Source: Opitutia bacterium (GTDB lineage Bacteria > Verrucomicrobiota > Verrucomicrobiia > Opitutales > Opitutaceae). From it: a DNA stretch of 64,000 nucleotides. The stretch lies in NCBI GenBank assembly GCA_947478395.1, contig CANJVR010000002.1, positions 352,001 through 416,000 on the forward strand. Direction: 5' to 3'. Below the pieces are notes generated by a model, which saw only the letters and a list, made by a program, of their open reading frames with translations, was not told the origin of the DNA and ran no database searches. Each line of letters opens with the position of its first letter. Positions within the stretch are counted from its first letter, which is position 1. Below, one piece after another: positions 26,424 to 36,979 of this stretch. A program made the position numbers and the translations under genes.

Positions 26424-27302
26424 ATGTTCTCCGCCAAACCGTTTCACGCCGTGTTCATCAACCTATCCGCCTATAAATTCACGCCGCTCGGGGACCTGCC
26501 GGAGCTGCGGGAACGTTTGCGCGACGTGGCGCAGGCGGGGCAGTTGAAAGGAACTATCTTACTCAGTCCGGAGGGTATTAATTTTTTTGTGGCCGGCGGC
26601 CGGACAGAGTTGGACCTCCTGCTCACGGTGCTTCGGGCCGTGCCCGGGTTGGAGCAGCTGACGGCGAAGGAGAGCGAGAGTGTTGACCAGCCGTTTAACC
26701 GGATGCTGGTAAAAATAAAAAAAGAGATCATCGCGTTCGGGGTCGAAGGCATCGATCCCTCGCGTCATCCTACGCGCAAGATCGCGCCGCAGCTCTTGAA
26801 AGCGTGGCTCGACGAAGGGCGGGCGGTCACGCTGCTCGACACGCGCAACGACTACGAGGTGAGCATGGGCACGTTTCAGGGCGCGGTGCCCGTAGGAATC
26901 GATCATTTCCGCGATTTCCCGGAAGCGGTGCGACGTCTGCCGGACGAATTGAAGGAGCGGCCCATCGTGATGTTTTGCACCGGCGGCATCCGCTGCGAAA
27001 AAGCTGGGCCCTACATGGAGCGTGCGGGGTTTCGCAACGTGCACCAACTCGACGGCGGCATCTTGAAGTATTTCGAGGAGTGCGGCGGCGCTCATTTCCA
27101 GGGCGAATGCTTCGTGTTCGACCGGCGCGTGGGCGTGGACTCGGCGTTGCACGAAACCAACTCGGTTATGTGCTTCAACTGTCAGATGCCGCTGCGCGAG
27201 GAAGAACAGCGCGATCCGCGCTACGTGCCGGATGTGAGTTGTCCGCATTGCTTCGGAAAAAAATCGGGCGCAAATGCCGCGGCGAAGAGCCCCGTCGAAT
27301 AA
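26424..27302 (+). CDS. trhO: Rhodanese-domain tRNA hydroxylase-like protein (UPF0176/TrhO)
   Basis: [36 protein letters not shown] and CFVFDRR motifs. Confidence 0.88.
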   Translation: MFSAKPFHAVFINLSAYKFTPLGDLPELRERLRDVAQAGQLKGTILLSPEGINFFVAGGRTELDLLLTVLRAVPGLEQLTAKESESVDQPFNRMLVKIKKEIIAFGVEGIDPSRHPTRKIAPQLLKAWLDEGRAVTLLDTRNDYEVSMGTFQGAVPVGIDHFRDFPEAVRRLPDELKERPIVMFCTGGIRCEKAGPYMERAGFRNVHQLDGGILKYFEECGGAHFQGECFVFDRRVGVDSALHETNSVMCFNCQMPLREEEQRDPRYVPDVSCPHCFGKKSGANAAAKSPVE

Positions 27303-27380
27303 TTTCCGTAAACGATCGGTGTAGATCAGCGCGCTGACCGACGGATCGAAAGCTGTTCTGATAGGCGCTGACGTTTCCCT

Positions 27381-27534
27381 GCGCCGACAAATTCCCCCAT
27401 GCGGGTGCGTCTGGGTTCAACTCGCGGCCCGTTGGCGCACCGTATTCGCCCGCGAGCCGGAGCGACGACGAGCGGCGGGCGTTGGCGAAACGTTTCGTGT
27501 CCCGTTGGCGACGGCGGAAATGATTTGTCGGCGC
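27381..27534. repeat. 154-bp segment bounded by a 12-bp perfect inverted repeat
   Basis: GCGCCGACAAAT (27381) and ATTTGTCGGCGC (27523), with internal GTTGGCG copies. Confidence 0.5.
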
Positions 27535-27610
27535 CAAGGCGGCGCAATTTTTTCCCCGGCCGCTACGTCGTTGGCGGCTGCGCTTTCGGTGAATCCGCGC
27601 TACGGGTATA

Positions 27611-27628
27611 ATCGAGTCACGACTCGAT
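27611..27628. terminator. Perfect palindrome, possible terminator between convergent genes
   Basis: ATCGAGTC-AC-GACTCGAT just past the SBP stop codon; the U-tract is weak. Confidence 0.4.
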
Positions 27629-27634
27629 CTGCTT

Positions 27635-29254
27635 TTATCGCGCCGCGCGCGCGATCGACTCCGCGCGGGCGTAATTTTTACGAAACGCGGCGCCGAGCTC
27701 GTTCGCCATGGTGATTTCGTCGACTTTGTTTTTCGAACCGAGGGCCTGTTTGATGGCTCCGTTGGCCCGCGCGTAGTCCACTGCCGTCAGATCCGTGAGC
27801 GCGGCCAGCGCCTCCGCCCGCGCTGTCACGGGAGCCGCATTAATTGCGCGCCAAGCGCGCGTCAGTTCCTCGTGGGTGTCCTGACACATTACGCGAATAA
27901 TGAAGGCCATCTCGCGGAAAACGCCGCCCGTCCATTCGGTCCGGTAGATCAGCTGATCAGTCTGGGTAAATGGCATCGCGTCCGGATCACTCCGCAGCGG
28001 ACGCAGACTGGTGTCCGCATAAAAATCCTTGCGCAAAGGCAATCGGCGCAGTGCGAAACGCTCCGGCCCGCCGGGCGTACCCGGCTTCAAATTCCAAAGT
28101 TCCTGCCCTTCCGTCGACAAAACATACTCGATGAACGCGATCGCCGGTTCGCGGTTTTTGGCGCCACGCAACAACGCGATGGGGTCGACGGAACTCACCG
28201 ATCCACCTACGGGAGAAACGTAGCCGATTCGTTCCGAGGCATCGCGCCGGCGCACGGCCTCTTCCTGCTGTCGGCCGTAGAAATCGATACACATGCCGAC
28301 GGCGCAATTTCCGGCCGCGACATCGATCGGCGGCTTTTGCGACGTGTCCGTGAAATAGCGCGCGTTGGCCCCGACGATTTGCATCAGCCGCAAGCCCTCG
28401 ATCCAGCCTTCGCGCACCGCCTGGGCCTCGCGCGCTTTGGGATCACCCGCCGGATTTGCGCGAATCAAAGCCGCCAAACTTCGCTGCATCTGCTGTTGAA
28501 TCACATTTTCAAACGCCTTCGCGATCGAACCGCTCTTTGTCGGATCGCAGAGCGCAACCTCGCCGATCAAAGCCGGATTCTGCAGATCGCTCCATTGCGC
28601 CGGCTCATGTTCGATGCCCAGCCGCCGCAGCGAATCGCGGTTGAAAATAATACCGTACGCACTGAGCACGCAGCCAACCCAGCGCCCTTCCTTATCCCAA
28701 TATTCCTCGCCCGCGTACGTCCGCGGAATGACGTCGTCCGTAAACCACTGGGGATGCTTTTTAAGAATTCCGCTGTCCACGATGCGACCCGCCTTCGCTT
28801 GCTTGTCGAAATCGTACGTGCCTCCGCCAAAAAAAAGATCGATTCCGCAGCCGACGTCCGAAGCCATGAATGCCTCTCGCGCCGCGCGGGCCGCGGGCGA
28901 AGCGTCCGCGGGAAGTTTTTGATTTTGAAATCCAGCCTGCACGTCCGTGCTCCACGCTTGGCCGAGTTTTTTCGTCCAGTAATTTTGAAACGCGGCCGTG
29001 TACTCGCCTTCCATGAACCGCGCGATTTCGCTCGTGCCGCCCAGCACGCGCCAGTCGATCTTCACTGAGCGGCCAGTCTTTGCGCGGTACCAAGTCTTGA
29101 AACCCTGCGCGTATTCATGGCGGATAGCTTCATTGTGCGGAGTTACGAGCACGAGCGTGTCATCCGTTCGTTCGGTTTCCCGCTGTTTGGGGCGCAAGAC
29201 GAATGGCAACGCGACGGTCGCCACGAGCGCGAAGACGATGACCCAGCGTTTCAT
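27635..29254 (-). CDS. ABC transporter substrate-binding protein (Fe3+/PotD-like class)
   Basis: N-terminal anchor, LVTPH, DLFFGGG, DPTKSGS and FIEYVLS.EGQ. Adjacent to an ABC ATPase. Confidence 0.85.
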   Translation of the reverse strand: MKRWVIVFALVATVALPFVLRPKQRETERTDDTLVLVTPHNEAIRHEYAQGFKTWYRAKTGRSVKIDWRVLGGTSEIARFMEGEYTAAFQNYWTKKLGQAWSTDVQAGFQNQKLPADASPAARAAREAFMASDVGCGIDLFFGGGTYDFDKQAKAGRIVDSGILKKHPQWFTDDVIPRTYAGEEYWDKEGRWVGCVLSAYGIIFNRDSLRRLGIEHEPAQWSDLQNPALIGEVALCDPTKSGSIAKAFENVIQQQMQRSLAALIRANPAGDPKAREAQAVREGWIEGLRLMQIVGANARYFTDTSQKPPIDVAAGNCAVGMCIDFYGRQQEEAVRRRDASERIGYVSPVGGSVSSVDPIALLRGAKNREPAIAFIEYVLSTEGQELWNLKPGTPGGPERFALRRLPLRKDFYADTSLRPLRSDPDAMPFTQTDQLIYRTEWTGGVFREMAFIIRVMCQDTHEELTRAWRAINAAPVTARAEALAALTDLTAVDYARANGAIKQALGSKNKVDEITMANELGAAFRKNYARAESIARAAR

Positions 29255-29260
29255 CGCCGA

Positions 29261-30334
29261 TCAATCCACCAGCACGACCACGTCCTCGGGCTCGACCGAT
29301 GCAAACAACTCGCCGCTCGCCGCCCGCGTGCCGACGTACCGCGGGTTGCGCTCGACGATTTTCAGCGTCGTCCCGTTGCTTACAAAATCGTACTGCCCGA
29401 TCTCACCGAGATAAACGGAATCACCGATCGCGCCGCGAATGTTGTTCTGCGCTTCCGGCGCCTGCGTGATGGTCCAGCACTCGGGCCGGATGGAAACGGT
29501 CACGGTTGCGCCGGTCGCCACATTTGCCAGCGGATCGCCCATGATGCCCTGAAAACGACCGACCGAGGTCTCGACCCAAATCTTGTCGCCTTCGCGTCCG
29601 AGCAGTTTTCCCGGAATGAAATCGGTTTCGCCGATGAAGTTCGCGACCGTCTTGCGGTGCGGCCGCTTGTATACCTCGCGCGGCGATCCGACCTGCAAAA
29701 TGTGTCCGCTTTCGAGAATCGCCATGCGGTCCGAAACTGAGAGCGCCTCCTTCTGGTCGTGCGTCACGTACACCGTCGTCAACTTGAACTCTTTGCACAC
29801 CCGGCGGATTTCCGTCCGCATCTCAAGCCTCAGCTTCGCATCGAGGTTGGAAAGCGGTTCATCCAGCAAGAGACAGCGCGGCCGGATTACCAGCGCGCGC
29901 GCAAGTGCCACGCGTTGCTGTTGTCCGCCGGAAAGTTGATTGGGGCGGCGCTCCGCATACTGGCCCATGCGTACTGACTCCAAGGCCTCACCGACGCGGC
30001 GCTTGATCTCATCTTTCGCGACCTTCCGCTCTTCGAGGCCGAAGGCCACGTTCTCCGCGACACTCATGTGCGGCCAAAGGGCGTAGCTCTGAAACATCAT
30101 CCCAGTATTTCGTTTGTGCGGCGCGAGCCGCGTCACGTCTTCGTCGCCGAAAAAAATCTTTCCCTCTTCCGGGATGTAGAATCCCGCCATGCTGCGCAGC
30201 AGGGTCGTCTTCCCGCAACCGCTCGGGCCGAGCAGGAAAAAAAGTTCTCCGGGTGCGATCTCCAGATTGAGATGATGCAACGCGGTGACGCTTCCGAAGC
30301 GCTTGGTGAGTTGCTGAATTCGAATGGAAATCAT
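29261..30334 (-). CDS. ABC transporter ATP-binding protein (PotA/FbpC-like, TOBE domain)
   Basis: GPSGCGKTT, FQSYALWPHM, LSGGQQQR, LLDEPLSNLD and VTHDQ motifs. Confidence 0.95.
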   Translation of the reverse strand: MISIRIQQLTKRFGSVTALHHLNLEIAPGELFFLLGPSGCGKTTLLRSMAGFYIPEEGKIFFGDEDVTRLAPHKRNTGMMFQSYALWPHMSVAENVAFGLEERKVAKDEIKRRVGEALESVRMGQYAERRPNQLSGGQQQRVALARALVIRPRCLLLDEPLSNLDAKLRLEMRTEIRRVCKEFKLTTVYVTHDQKEALSVSDRMAILESGHILQVGSPREVYKRPHRKTVANFIGETDFIPGKLLGREGDKIWVETSVGRFQGIMGDPLANVATGATVTVSIRPECWTITQAPEAQNNIRGAIGDSVYLGEIGQYDFVSNGTTLKIVERNPRYVGTRAASGELFASVEPEDVVVLVD

Positions 30335-30457
30335 GCCGCGCGTAAGCGTCGAGGACGCAAGATTTGGACTAAATCCAAGTCAAAGTAATAAACCCTCCGG
30401 GTGGCGGCGGAACGAATTGCCACACGTCGTTCCCGCCGCCTCGCTCCCAGCACGTCC

Positions 30458-31024
30458 ATGCCGCGCCCGAAGAAAAAATCCCCTTCCCTCCATCCCGACC
30501 TTGAAAGCGTGCTCTACACGGAGGCGCAGATCAAGAAGCGCGTCCGCACGCTGGCCGGTGAACTGAAGGCCGTGTACGGCGACGGCGAGTTCACCATCGT
30601 TTCGCTGATCAACGGCGCAATCATGTTCACCGCCGATCTCATGCGCGAGATCGACAACCCCGTCCGCCTCGACTGCATCCGCATCTCCAGCTACGGCGCG
30701 AAAACCAAATCCGTCGGCGCGCCGCAGCTCATCGCCACGCTCACCCTCGATATCGCGAATCGTCACGTGCTGATCGTCGACGACATCCTCGACACAGGCA
30801 AAACGCTCACGCTGGTCGCTGGCCTCGTGCGCAAGCTCGGTCCCGCGAGTCTGCGGACCTGCGTGCTACTCGATAAAACCGCGCGCCGCGAAGTTCCGTT
30901 CGAGGCCGATTTCGTGGGTTTTAAAATTCCCGACAAGTTCGTGATCGGGTACGGCCTCGATTATGCCGAGCGCTACCGGAATCTGCCCTGCATCGGGGTG
31001 CTGAATCCCGCCGCGGCGGGATGA
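30458..31024 (+). CDS. hpt: Hypoxanthine phosphoribosyltransferase
   Basis: VLIVDDILDTGKTL, LLDK and FVIGYGLDYAERYRNLP motifs. Confidence 0.96.
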   Translation: MPRPKKKSPSLHPDLESVLYTEAQIKKRVRTLAGELKAVYGDGEFTIVSLINGAIMFTADLMREIDNPVRLDCIRISSYGAKTKSVGAPQLIATLTLDIANRHVLIVDDILDTGKTLTLVAGLVRKLGPASLRTCVLLDKTARREVPFEADFVGFKIPDKFVIGYGLDYAERYRNLPCIGVLNPAAAG

Positions 31025-31198
31025 TTCGATGCGAGCCCTGGGTCCGCGTTGAGCGCCGCGGTGTTCTTCATCCAAGGCGAGCGCGCTTTCCGGAGCCGCT
31101 TTTTTTCGCTTGGTCGAACGAAGCCAGGAGAAAATCTTGGGCCGACCGACGCTGCTGGGGTTGGAATTGCGGTTGGCTCGGCTAAGGCCCGGTCGCAC

Positions 31199-32101
31199 TT
31201 ACTTTGGCGCTTTCAACGCGAGCGTCACGATAACCGGCCGGTGGTCGCTCGCTTCTTTCACACCGGGACCGTCGTAGATTCGCGCCGCTCCACCTTTCAC
31301 TGCGAGCCGTAGCAGCGGGGAAACCAACAGGTGGTCGACGCGAGAGTAGGATTCGATTTTCGCGTAGTAGTGGGTCCACGTTTCGCCCCGGCTGTCGGTG
31401 GCGGGGAGCAATTCGGCGACGGTCGTTTTCCCCCTCTCCTGGAGATGAGCGAGTGCCTTGCTGGTTTTGTCGTCGTTGCAGTCACCAAGGATGACGAACC
31501 GCTCCGTCGCCGGCGCCGGAAACCGTTGCAACACGCGGTCGCGCACCGCCGTGGCTTCACCCGCGCGCCTCGTGGCCGAAAGCGGATCGTCGGGCCGGTC
31601 CGTAAACCGACTTTTCAAATGGACGGCGAACAGTGTGAGGTCTCCGCCCTCGGTCGCCACGACCACTTCGAGCAGGCCGCGTTTCACGGTCTCGCGCGAT
31701 CCCATATAAGCAAAACTCAAGTCGGTGTGCTGAGTGACGCGTTTCAGCGGTCGCTTCGACAGCAAGGCGACGTGCCGGTCTGCGTCCTTCCCGACCAACA
31801 ACGCCGCGTACGCGTAGGTCAGACCGTCGCTCTGTAAATCGCGGCGCAATTCCTCGAGATGCGCGGCGTCGCCCATTTCCTGCAGTACGAGCAGATCGGC
31901 ATCGAGCGCGCGGATGACGCTCCGCAGCGCCCGTTTTTCCGCCTCGGGCTTCGGGTAGTCTGTGCGATAACCGGCCTCGGTGATGCGATCCGCGGGACCG
32001 TAATTCTCCACGTTGTAAGTGGCGATGCTGAGCGTTTCCGCTCCGGCGATCGATGCCGCGCACAGAAACAGTCCGAGCCATTTTTTAACCACGGATGCCA
32101 C
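31199..32101 (-). CDS. Secreted endonuclease/exonuclease/phosphatase family protein
   Basis: ATYNVEN, LQE, HLKS, GDCND, VDH and SDHRP motifs. The start (GTG 32101 or 32092) lies in a 9-mer repeat. Confidence 0.92.
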   Translation of the reverse strand: MASVVKKWLGLFLCAASIAGAETLSIATYNVENYGPADRITEAGYRTDYPKPEAEKRALRSVIRALDADLLVLQEMGDAAHLEELRRDLQSDGLTYAYAALLVGKDADRHVALLSKRPLKRVTQHTDLSFAYMGSRETVKRGLLEVVVATEGGDLTLFAVHLKSRFTDRPDDPLSATRRAGEATAVRDRVLQRFPAPATERFVILGDCNDDKTSKALAHLQERGKTTVAELLPATDSRGETWTHYYAKIESYSRVDHLLVSPLLRLAVKGGAARIYDGPGVKEASDHRPVIVTLALKAPK

Positions 32102-32114
32102 GGATTGAACGGAT
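32085..32114. repeat. 9-bp periodic (C)ACGGAT tract
   Basis: TTAACCACGGAT-GCCACGGAT-TGAACGGAT. Confidence 0.75.
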
Positions 32115-32131
32115 AAATCGCAGCGAGATTT

Positions 32132-33376
32132 TCAGCCGCCCACCAGCGCGCGCTCGCGCTCGACCAGCGTCGGGTGCGAATAATAAAACGCACTGAACCA
32201 GGGGTGTGGCGTGAGATTGCTCAGGTTTTTCTGCGCAAGCTTGCGGAGTGCGCCCAACATCGCGGCGGGGCCGCCCATGGCGTTGCGCGCGAAAGCATCC
32301 GCCTCGTACTCATGTTTGCGGGAAAGGCGGTTGCTCACGGGTGAGAACCAAAACGTCACCAGCCCGCTGAGCAGGCCAAACAGCAAAAACGCCGGCGCCA
32401 GTTCCCCCGCGGGGAAACCGAACGTCAGATTGAACCATGGACTGCGCGCCAACCACGCGATGAGCGCGAAGCCGCCGAGCAGCGTCGCGGCCGACAACGC
32501 GATCATCTTCGGAATGTGGCCGCAGCGGTAGTGTCCGATTTCGTGCGCCAGCACCGCCTCGAGTTCCTCCGGTGTGAGCTGCGCGATCAAGGTGTCGTAC
32601 AAAACGATGCGCCGAAACTGGCCAAAGCCCGTGAAAAAAGCGTTCGAATGCCCCGAGCGTTTGCTGCCGTCCATGACTTGGATCGTCGCGGCGCGAAATC
32701 CGGTCCGATCGCCGAGGGCGAGTAGTCGCGTACGCAGTTCACCCTCGGGCAGCGGGGTGAGTTTGTTGAAAAGCGGCAGGATGAGTTTCGGGTACAGCAC
32801 GAGCATGAGAAGCTGAAATCCAAACATCAGACCGAACCCCCACATCCACCACGCCGCCCCGACCCAACGCACCAGCGATAGCAACGCCCACAAAAGAGGA
32901 AACCCGATCGCAAGGGTCACGGCGACGCCCTTGATTTTATCCGCGACCCACAGGCCCGGAGTGCTTTTGTTAAAGCCGAACTTCGCTTCGAGGCGAAATT
33001 GCGCCCACCAGTCGAATGGCAGCGACGGCACGCCGAGCAGCAGGCCGACGATCAGGATAAACAGCGCGTCGTCCCACACCGCGCCCGGTGCGCCCCAAGC
33101 CGCGACGTGACCGTAGATCACCGGCAGCACTCCACCGAAAATCGCGAGCGCGCCCACGCACGTGTCAAAGATCTCCGTAACCACAGCAAACCGCGATTTT
33201 TCCAAAGTGTAAGCCACGGACTTCGCGTAGGTCTCGCCATCCATGATGGCCGCTGCGGCCGCGGGAATCGTGAGGGCATGGCGCCTCACCTCCGCCCGGT
33301 TAAGCGCCGAAAGGATGAGTTCGCCCGCCAGTCGCAGGGCCATCAACGCCGCGGTAATCATCAACACGATATTCAT
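32132..33376 (-). CDS. M48 (Ste24-like) membrane metallopeptidase
   Basis: DGSKRSGHSNAFFTG, AHEIGH, EYEADAF and YSHPTLVER motifs. Confidence 0.94.
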   Translation of the reverse strand: MNIVLMITAALMALRLAGELILSALNRAEVRRHALTIPAAAAAIMDGETYAKSVAYTLEKSRFAVVTEIFDTCVGALAIFGGVLPVIYGHVAAWGAPGAVWDDALFILIVGLLLGVPSLPFDWWAQFRLEAKFGFNKSTPGLWVADKIKGVAVTLAIGFPLLWALLSLVRWVGAAWWMWGFGLMFGFQLLMLVLYPKLILPLFNKLTPLPEGELRTRLLALGDRTGFRAATIQVMDGSKRSGHSNAFFTGFGQFRRIVLYDTLIAQLTPEELEAVLAHEIGHYRCGHIPKMIALSAATLLGGFALIAWLARSPWFNLTFGFPAGELAPAFLLFGLLSGLVTFWFSPVSNRLSRKHEYEADAFARNAMGGPAAMLGALRKLAQKNLSNLTPHPWFSAFYYSHPTLVERERALVGG

Positions 33377-33425
33377 GCGCTCCAACACCACGCGAAACGG
33401 CCGCCGCGGCCAGTCCAAAGATTGA

Positions 33426-33453
33426 TTGAATCCGGCGCCACCCCACCCATCTT
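33426..33453 (+). promoter_or_regulatory. Candidate sigma70-like promoter for a leaderless xseB transcript
   Basis: TTGAAT-16 nt-CATCTT, then 7 nt to the GTG start; no Shine-Dalgarno. Confidence 0.35.
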
Positions 33454-33460
33454 GCCACGC

Positions 33461-33703
33461 GTGGAATCCAAGGCAGCCAATCTCTCGTTCGAAGCCGCGC
33501 TTACTAATCTCGAATCCATCGTGGAAGCGATGGAGTCGGGCGACGTCCCCCTCGCTGAATTGCTCGCGCAATTTGAGGAAGGAACGAAATTGCTCAAGAT
33601 CTGCGAAGCCCGACTGAAGGCCGCCGAGCTGAAAATCGAGCAACTCAAAAAACAGAAGGACGGTGTCAGCTTCGAAAAATTCGCCACCGAGCGCGAAACC
33701 TAA
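33461..33703 (+). CDS. xseB: Exodeoxyribonuclease VII small subunit
   Basis: SFEAALTNLESIVEAMESGDVPL...FEEG..L...C...L..AE. GTG start. Confidence 0.93.
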   Translation: MESKAANLSFEAALTNLESIVEAMESGDVPLAELLAQFEEGTKLLKICEARLKAAELKIEQLKKQKDGVSFEKFATERET

Positions 33704-33753
33704 CGCGGCCCGGATTCGGCCGACCCACCTTTATTCTTGATCTAATTTAACTC

Positions 33754-35673
33754 ATGCCCGGCACCAAGCTCCTTAAAATCATCCGCGGTCCCGCCGACGT
33801 CAAAGCGCTCGACGCCGCTCAGCTGCCCGAGCTCGCGCAGGAAATACGCGACGAGATTATTGCCGTCACTGCCAAAAATGGCGGCCATGTCGGCCCGAAT
33901 CTCGGCGTGGTGGAACTCACGATCGCGCTCCACCGCGTATTTGATACGCCGACGGATCAGTTCGTCTTCGACGTCGCCCATCAGGGCTACGTGCACAAGC
34001 TGCTCACCGGCCGGCACGGCGATTTTTTCCGCCAGCTCCGCCAAACGAATGGTGCCAGCGGTTTCCTTTATCGCTCCGAGAGCCCGCACGACAGCTTTGG
34101 CGCCGGCCACGCCGGCACCGCGCTGAGCGCGGCCCTCGGCATGGCGACGGCGCGCGATTTGCGCGGCAGCTCGGAACATGTCGTCGCCGTCTGCGGCGAT
34201 GCGGCCTTTACCTGCGGCGTCACCCTCGAGGCTTTGAACAACATCGTGGGGAGCACCAAGCGCCTCATCGTCGTCCTGAACGACAACGAGTGGTCCATCG
34301 CGAAAAACGTCGGCGCCATTTCCAGCTACCTTAACCGCCTCAGTACGAGTCCGACCTACAACAAGCTCCACCACGACGTGGAGGGTTTCTTCAAGAGTTT
34401 CCCGGCCGGCGAGGAGATGAATCGGATGTACCATAAGTGGAAACGCGAGACGAAGGACTTCTTCGTGGAGTCTTCGCTCTTCGAGAAATTTGGCCTTCGT
34501 TATCTCGGCCCGGTCGACGGCCACGATTTAGACAAGCTCCAGAAAAACCTGGAGTTCGCGAAGCACGCCGACGTGCCCGTGCTCATTCACGTACTCACGA
34601 AAAAAGGCCGGGGCCTCGACGCCGCCATCGCCCATCCGGAAAAATTCCACGGTCTCGGCGCGTTCGATCCTGTGACCGGCAAGAGCGAGCCGGCCGCGGT
34701 TGGCACGCCGCCCACGTACCAAGATGTCTTTGGCCACGCCCTCGTGCGTTTCGCGACCAAAGATGCGAATATCCTCGGCATCACCGGCGCCATGCCAAGC
34801 GGCACTGGGCTGATTCACCTCGCGAACGAACTGCCGAAACAATTCTTCGATGTCGGCATCGCCGAGGAGCACGCCGTTTTGTTCGCCGCCGGACTTGCGA
34901 CCAAAGGATTCCGCCCGGTCTGCGCGATCTATTCCACGTTTCTGCAGCGCGCCTACGACCAGATCATCCATGACGTCGCGCTGCAAAATCTGCCGGTGAC
35001 GTTCTGCATGGATCGCGCCGGCCTCTCGCCGAACGACGGCCCGACGCACCACGGGCTTTTCGATATTTCGTATCTGCGGTGCGTTCCCAATGCGACAGTC
35101 ATGCAGCCGAAGGACGAGGACGAGCTCGTCGACATGTTGCACACGAGCCTGCATTTGCCGGGCCCGGGGTTCATTCGGTATCCGCGCGGCGCCGGCACGG
35201 GCGTGACGATCAAGGACAAACCCGTCGCGCTGCCGATCGGACAGGCGGAAATTTTGCGCGAAGGTTCCAACGTTATGATCTGGGCTCTTGGCCCGATGGT
35301 ACGCGATGCGTTGAAGCTCGCCGAGCGGCTTGAGCGCGAAGAAAATATTTCGGTCGGCGTGGTAAACGCGCGTTTCGTCAAGCCGCTCGACCGCACGCTG
35401 CTCCTCAGCCACGCCGCGCTCATTCCCCTGCTCGTCACGATGGAAGACCACGTGCTTGCCGGAGGTTTCGGGAGTGCAGTGCTCGAGGCGTTGCAGGACG
35501 CGGAATGCCCGACGGCCGTCGAGCGCATCGGCTGGCCGGACAAATTTGTGGAGCACGGCACCAACGGCCAGATCCTCCGCGCCGCGTACGGGTTATCGCC
35601 CGAAGATATTCACCATCGCGTGCTCAACCGCTGGCGTAATCTGCGCGCGGAGCACGCCGCGGCGGGCGTTTAA
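33754..35673 (+). CDS. dxs: 1-deoxy-D-xylulose-5-phosphate synthase
   Basis: GGHVGPNLGVVELT, FGAGHA, GDAA...LNDNE, DVGIAEEHA, YSTFLQRAYDQ and DRAG motifs. Confidence 0.98.
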   Translation: MPGTKLLKIIRGPADVKALDAAQLPELAQEIRDEIIAVTAKNGGHVGPNLGVVELTIALHRVFDTPTDQFVFDVAHQGYVHKLLTGRHGDFFRQLRQTNGASGFLYRSESPHDSFGAGHAGTALSAALGMATARDLRGSSEHVVAVCGDAAFTCGVTLEALNNIVGSTKRLIVVLNDNEWSIAKNVGAISSYLNRLSTSPTYNKLHHDVEGFFKSFPAGEEMNRMYHKWKRETKDFFVESSLFEKFGLRYLGPVDGHDLDKLQKNLEFAKHADVPVLIHVLTKKGRGLDAAIAHPEKFHGLGAFDPVTGKSEPAAVGTPPTYQDVFGHALVRFATKDANILGITGAMPSGTGLIHLANELPKQFFDVGIAEEHAVLFAAGLATKGFRPVCAIYSTFLQRAYDQIIHDVALQNLPVTFCMDRAGLSPNDGPTHHGLFDISYLRCVPNATVMQPKDEDELVDMLHTSLHLPGPGFIRYPRGAGTGVTIKDKPVALPIGQAEILREGSNVMIWALGPMVRDALKLAERLEREENISVGVVNARFVKPLDRTLLLSHAALIPLLVTMEDHVLAGGFGSAVLEALQDAECPTAVERIGWPDKFVEHGTNGQILRAAYGLSPEDIHHRVLNRWRNLRAEHAAAGV

Positions 35674-35806
35674 TTTTCACGCGCGGGGGTTCAATATCCC
35701 GGCGCATCGGCCGTGCGACGATTCCTGTCGAAGCACTGCGGTTGGAAAAATTTAAGTTTCCTTTTTTGAACCGCACCTCTGTCACCGCTTTCCCCCAATC
35801 CCCCTG

Positions 35807-36628
35807 ATGAAATCGCCCGATCGTTTTTTGCGGCATATCCCCTCTCTACGCGGCGTCAGCCTGTCGCTCCTCCTCGTCGGCACGGTCGCTTTGAGCGCGG
35901 CCGAGAGCCCGGTCATAGCCGCGACCGCTCCGGTCGTCGCAGCAGCTGCCGTCGCCCGGCCAAACACCGCGATCATTCCGGTGCCGCAACGTTCCGAGGA
36001 CAAACTTCCCCCCAACGCCATCAGCGGTTTTAACACCCGCCACGAACGCTACGTGGGCCTCGCGAAACAGGGTGAAATCGATCTGCTCTTCCTCGGAGAT
36101 TCCATCACGCAAAACTGGGGCGGCGTCGGCAAAGAAGTCTGGGCACAGTACTACGGGAACATGAAGGCTGCGGCCTTCGGGATCGGCTACGACCGGACCC
36201 AGCATCTGCTGTGGCGCTTGCAGCATGGCGAGGGCGAGGGCTTCAGTCCCAAGGTCGTCGTGATCATGATCGGGACAAATAACATTGGCCTGAATACCCC
36301 GCCCGAGATCGCGGTTGGTATCGGTGCGATCGTACACGAAGTGCGGACGCGGTTTGCGTCCGCAAAAATTCTCCTGCTCGGGATTTTCCCCCGCAACACA
36401 AAGGACTCCAGTGATCGTCATCGCGTCGCGGAAGTGAACCAACTCATCGCCCCGCTCAACGACGGCCAGCACGTTTTCTTCCTCGATCTCGCCGACAAGT
36501 TCATCGGGCCCGACGGCGCTATTCCAGCTGCTCTCATGGCCGACCGCGCGGTCCTTCATCCGACCGCCCAAGGTCATGCGGTTTGGGCCGAAGCGATGAA
36601 AGAATCGTTGGGGGAATTATTGAAATAG
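35807..36628 (+). CDS. Secreted SGNH/GDSL hydrolase (PAF-acetylhydrolase-like)
   Basis: FLGDSIT, FGIGYDRTQHLLWR, IGTNN and LHP motifs. Confidence 0.92.
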   Translation: MKSPDRFLRHIPSLRGVSLSLLLVGTVALSAAESPVIAATAPVVAAAAVARPNTAIIPVPQRSEDKLPPNAISGFNTRHERYVGLAKQGEIDLLFLGDSITQNWGGVGKEVWAQYYGNMKAAAFGIGYDRTQHLLWRLQHGEGEGFSPKVVVIMIGTNNIGLNTPPEIAVGIGAIVHEVRTRFASAKILLLGIFPRNTKDSSDRHRVAEVNQLIAPLNDGQHVFFLDLADKFIGPDGAIPAALMADRAVLHPTAQGHAVWAEAMKESLGELLK

Positions 36629-36979
36629 GTGCGCCGACTCGAAGCCGGCCATGCACGGGCGATTTCTTCGAGCGCGCGCCGATGCTCGGCCGTTTCGCTC
36701 CCTGAAAATCCCCGTCCTCCGTCAATTTGCTCCTTGGTCTGCATAAAAAGATCCGGGTCGTGCTTGCGCTTGGTGTACGCTCGCGCGGTGGCTGGGCCGA
36801 CTTAGCCGCAAGCTGTCCGGTTGGAACCGAGGTTCTGGGTGACGCCACCGTTGTCGCGCCCCGGAATCCAACTTGCGTCGAAAATAATTCTTTTGGCCGG
36901 GGCGCCGTCCCGCGCGGGGTGCATCGGTTTTTTACGTTGCGCCGCGACGCGGGCTGCGACTTTTTCAGCGCTCTAGTTC

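Noticed and set aside
33461..35673. xseB-dxs without an intervening ispA
   Set aside because: A simple gene-order variant with no remnant or scar visible.
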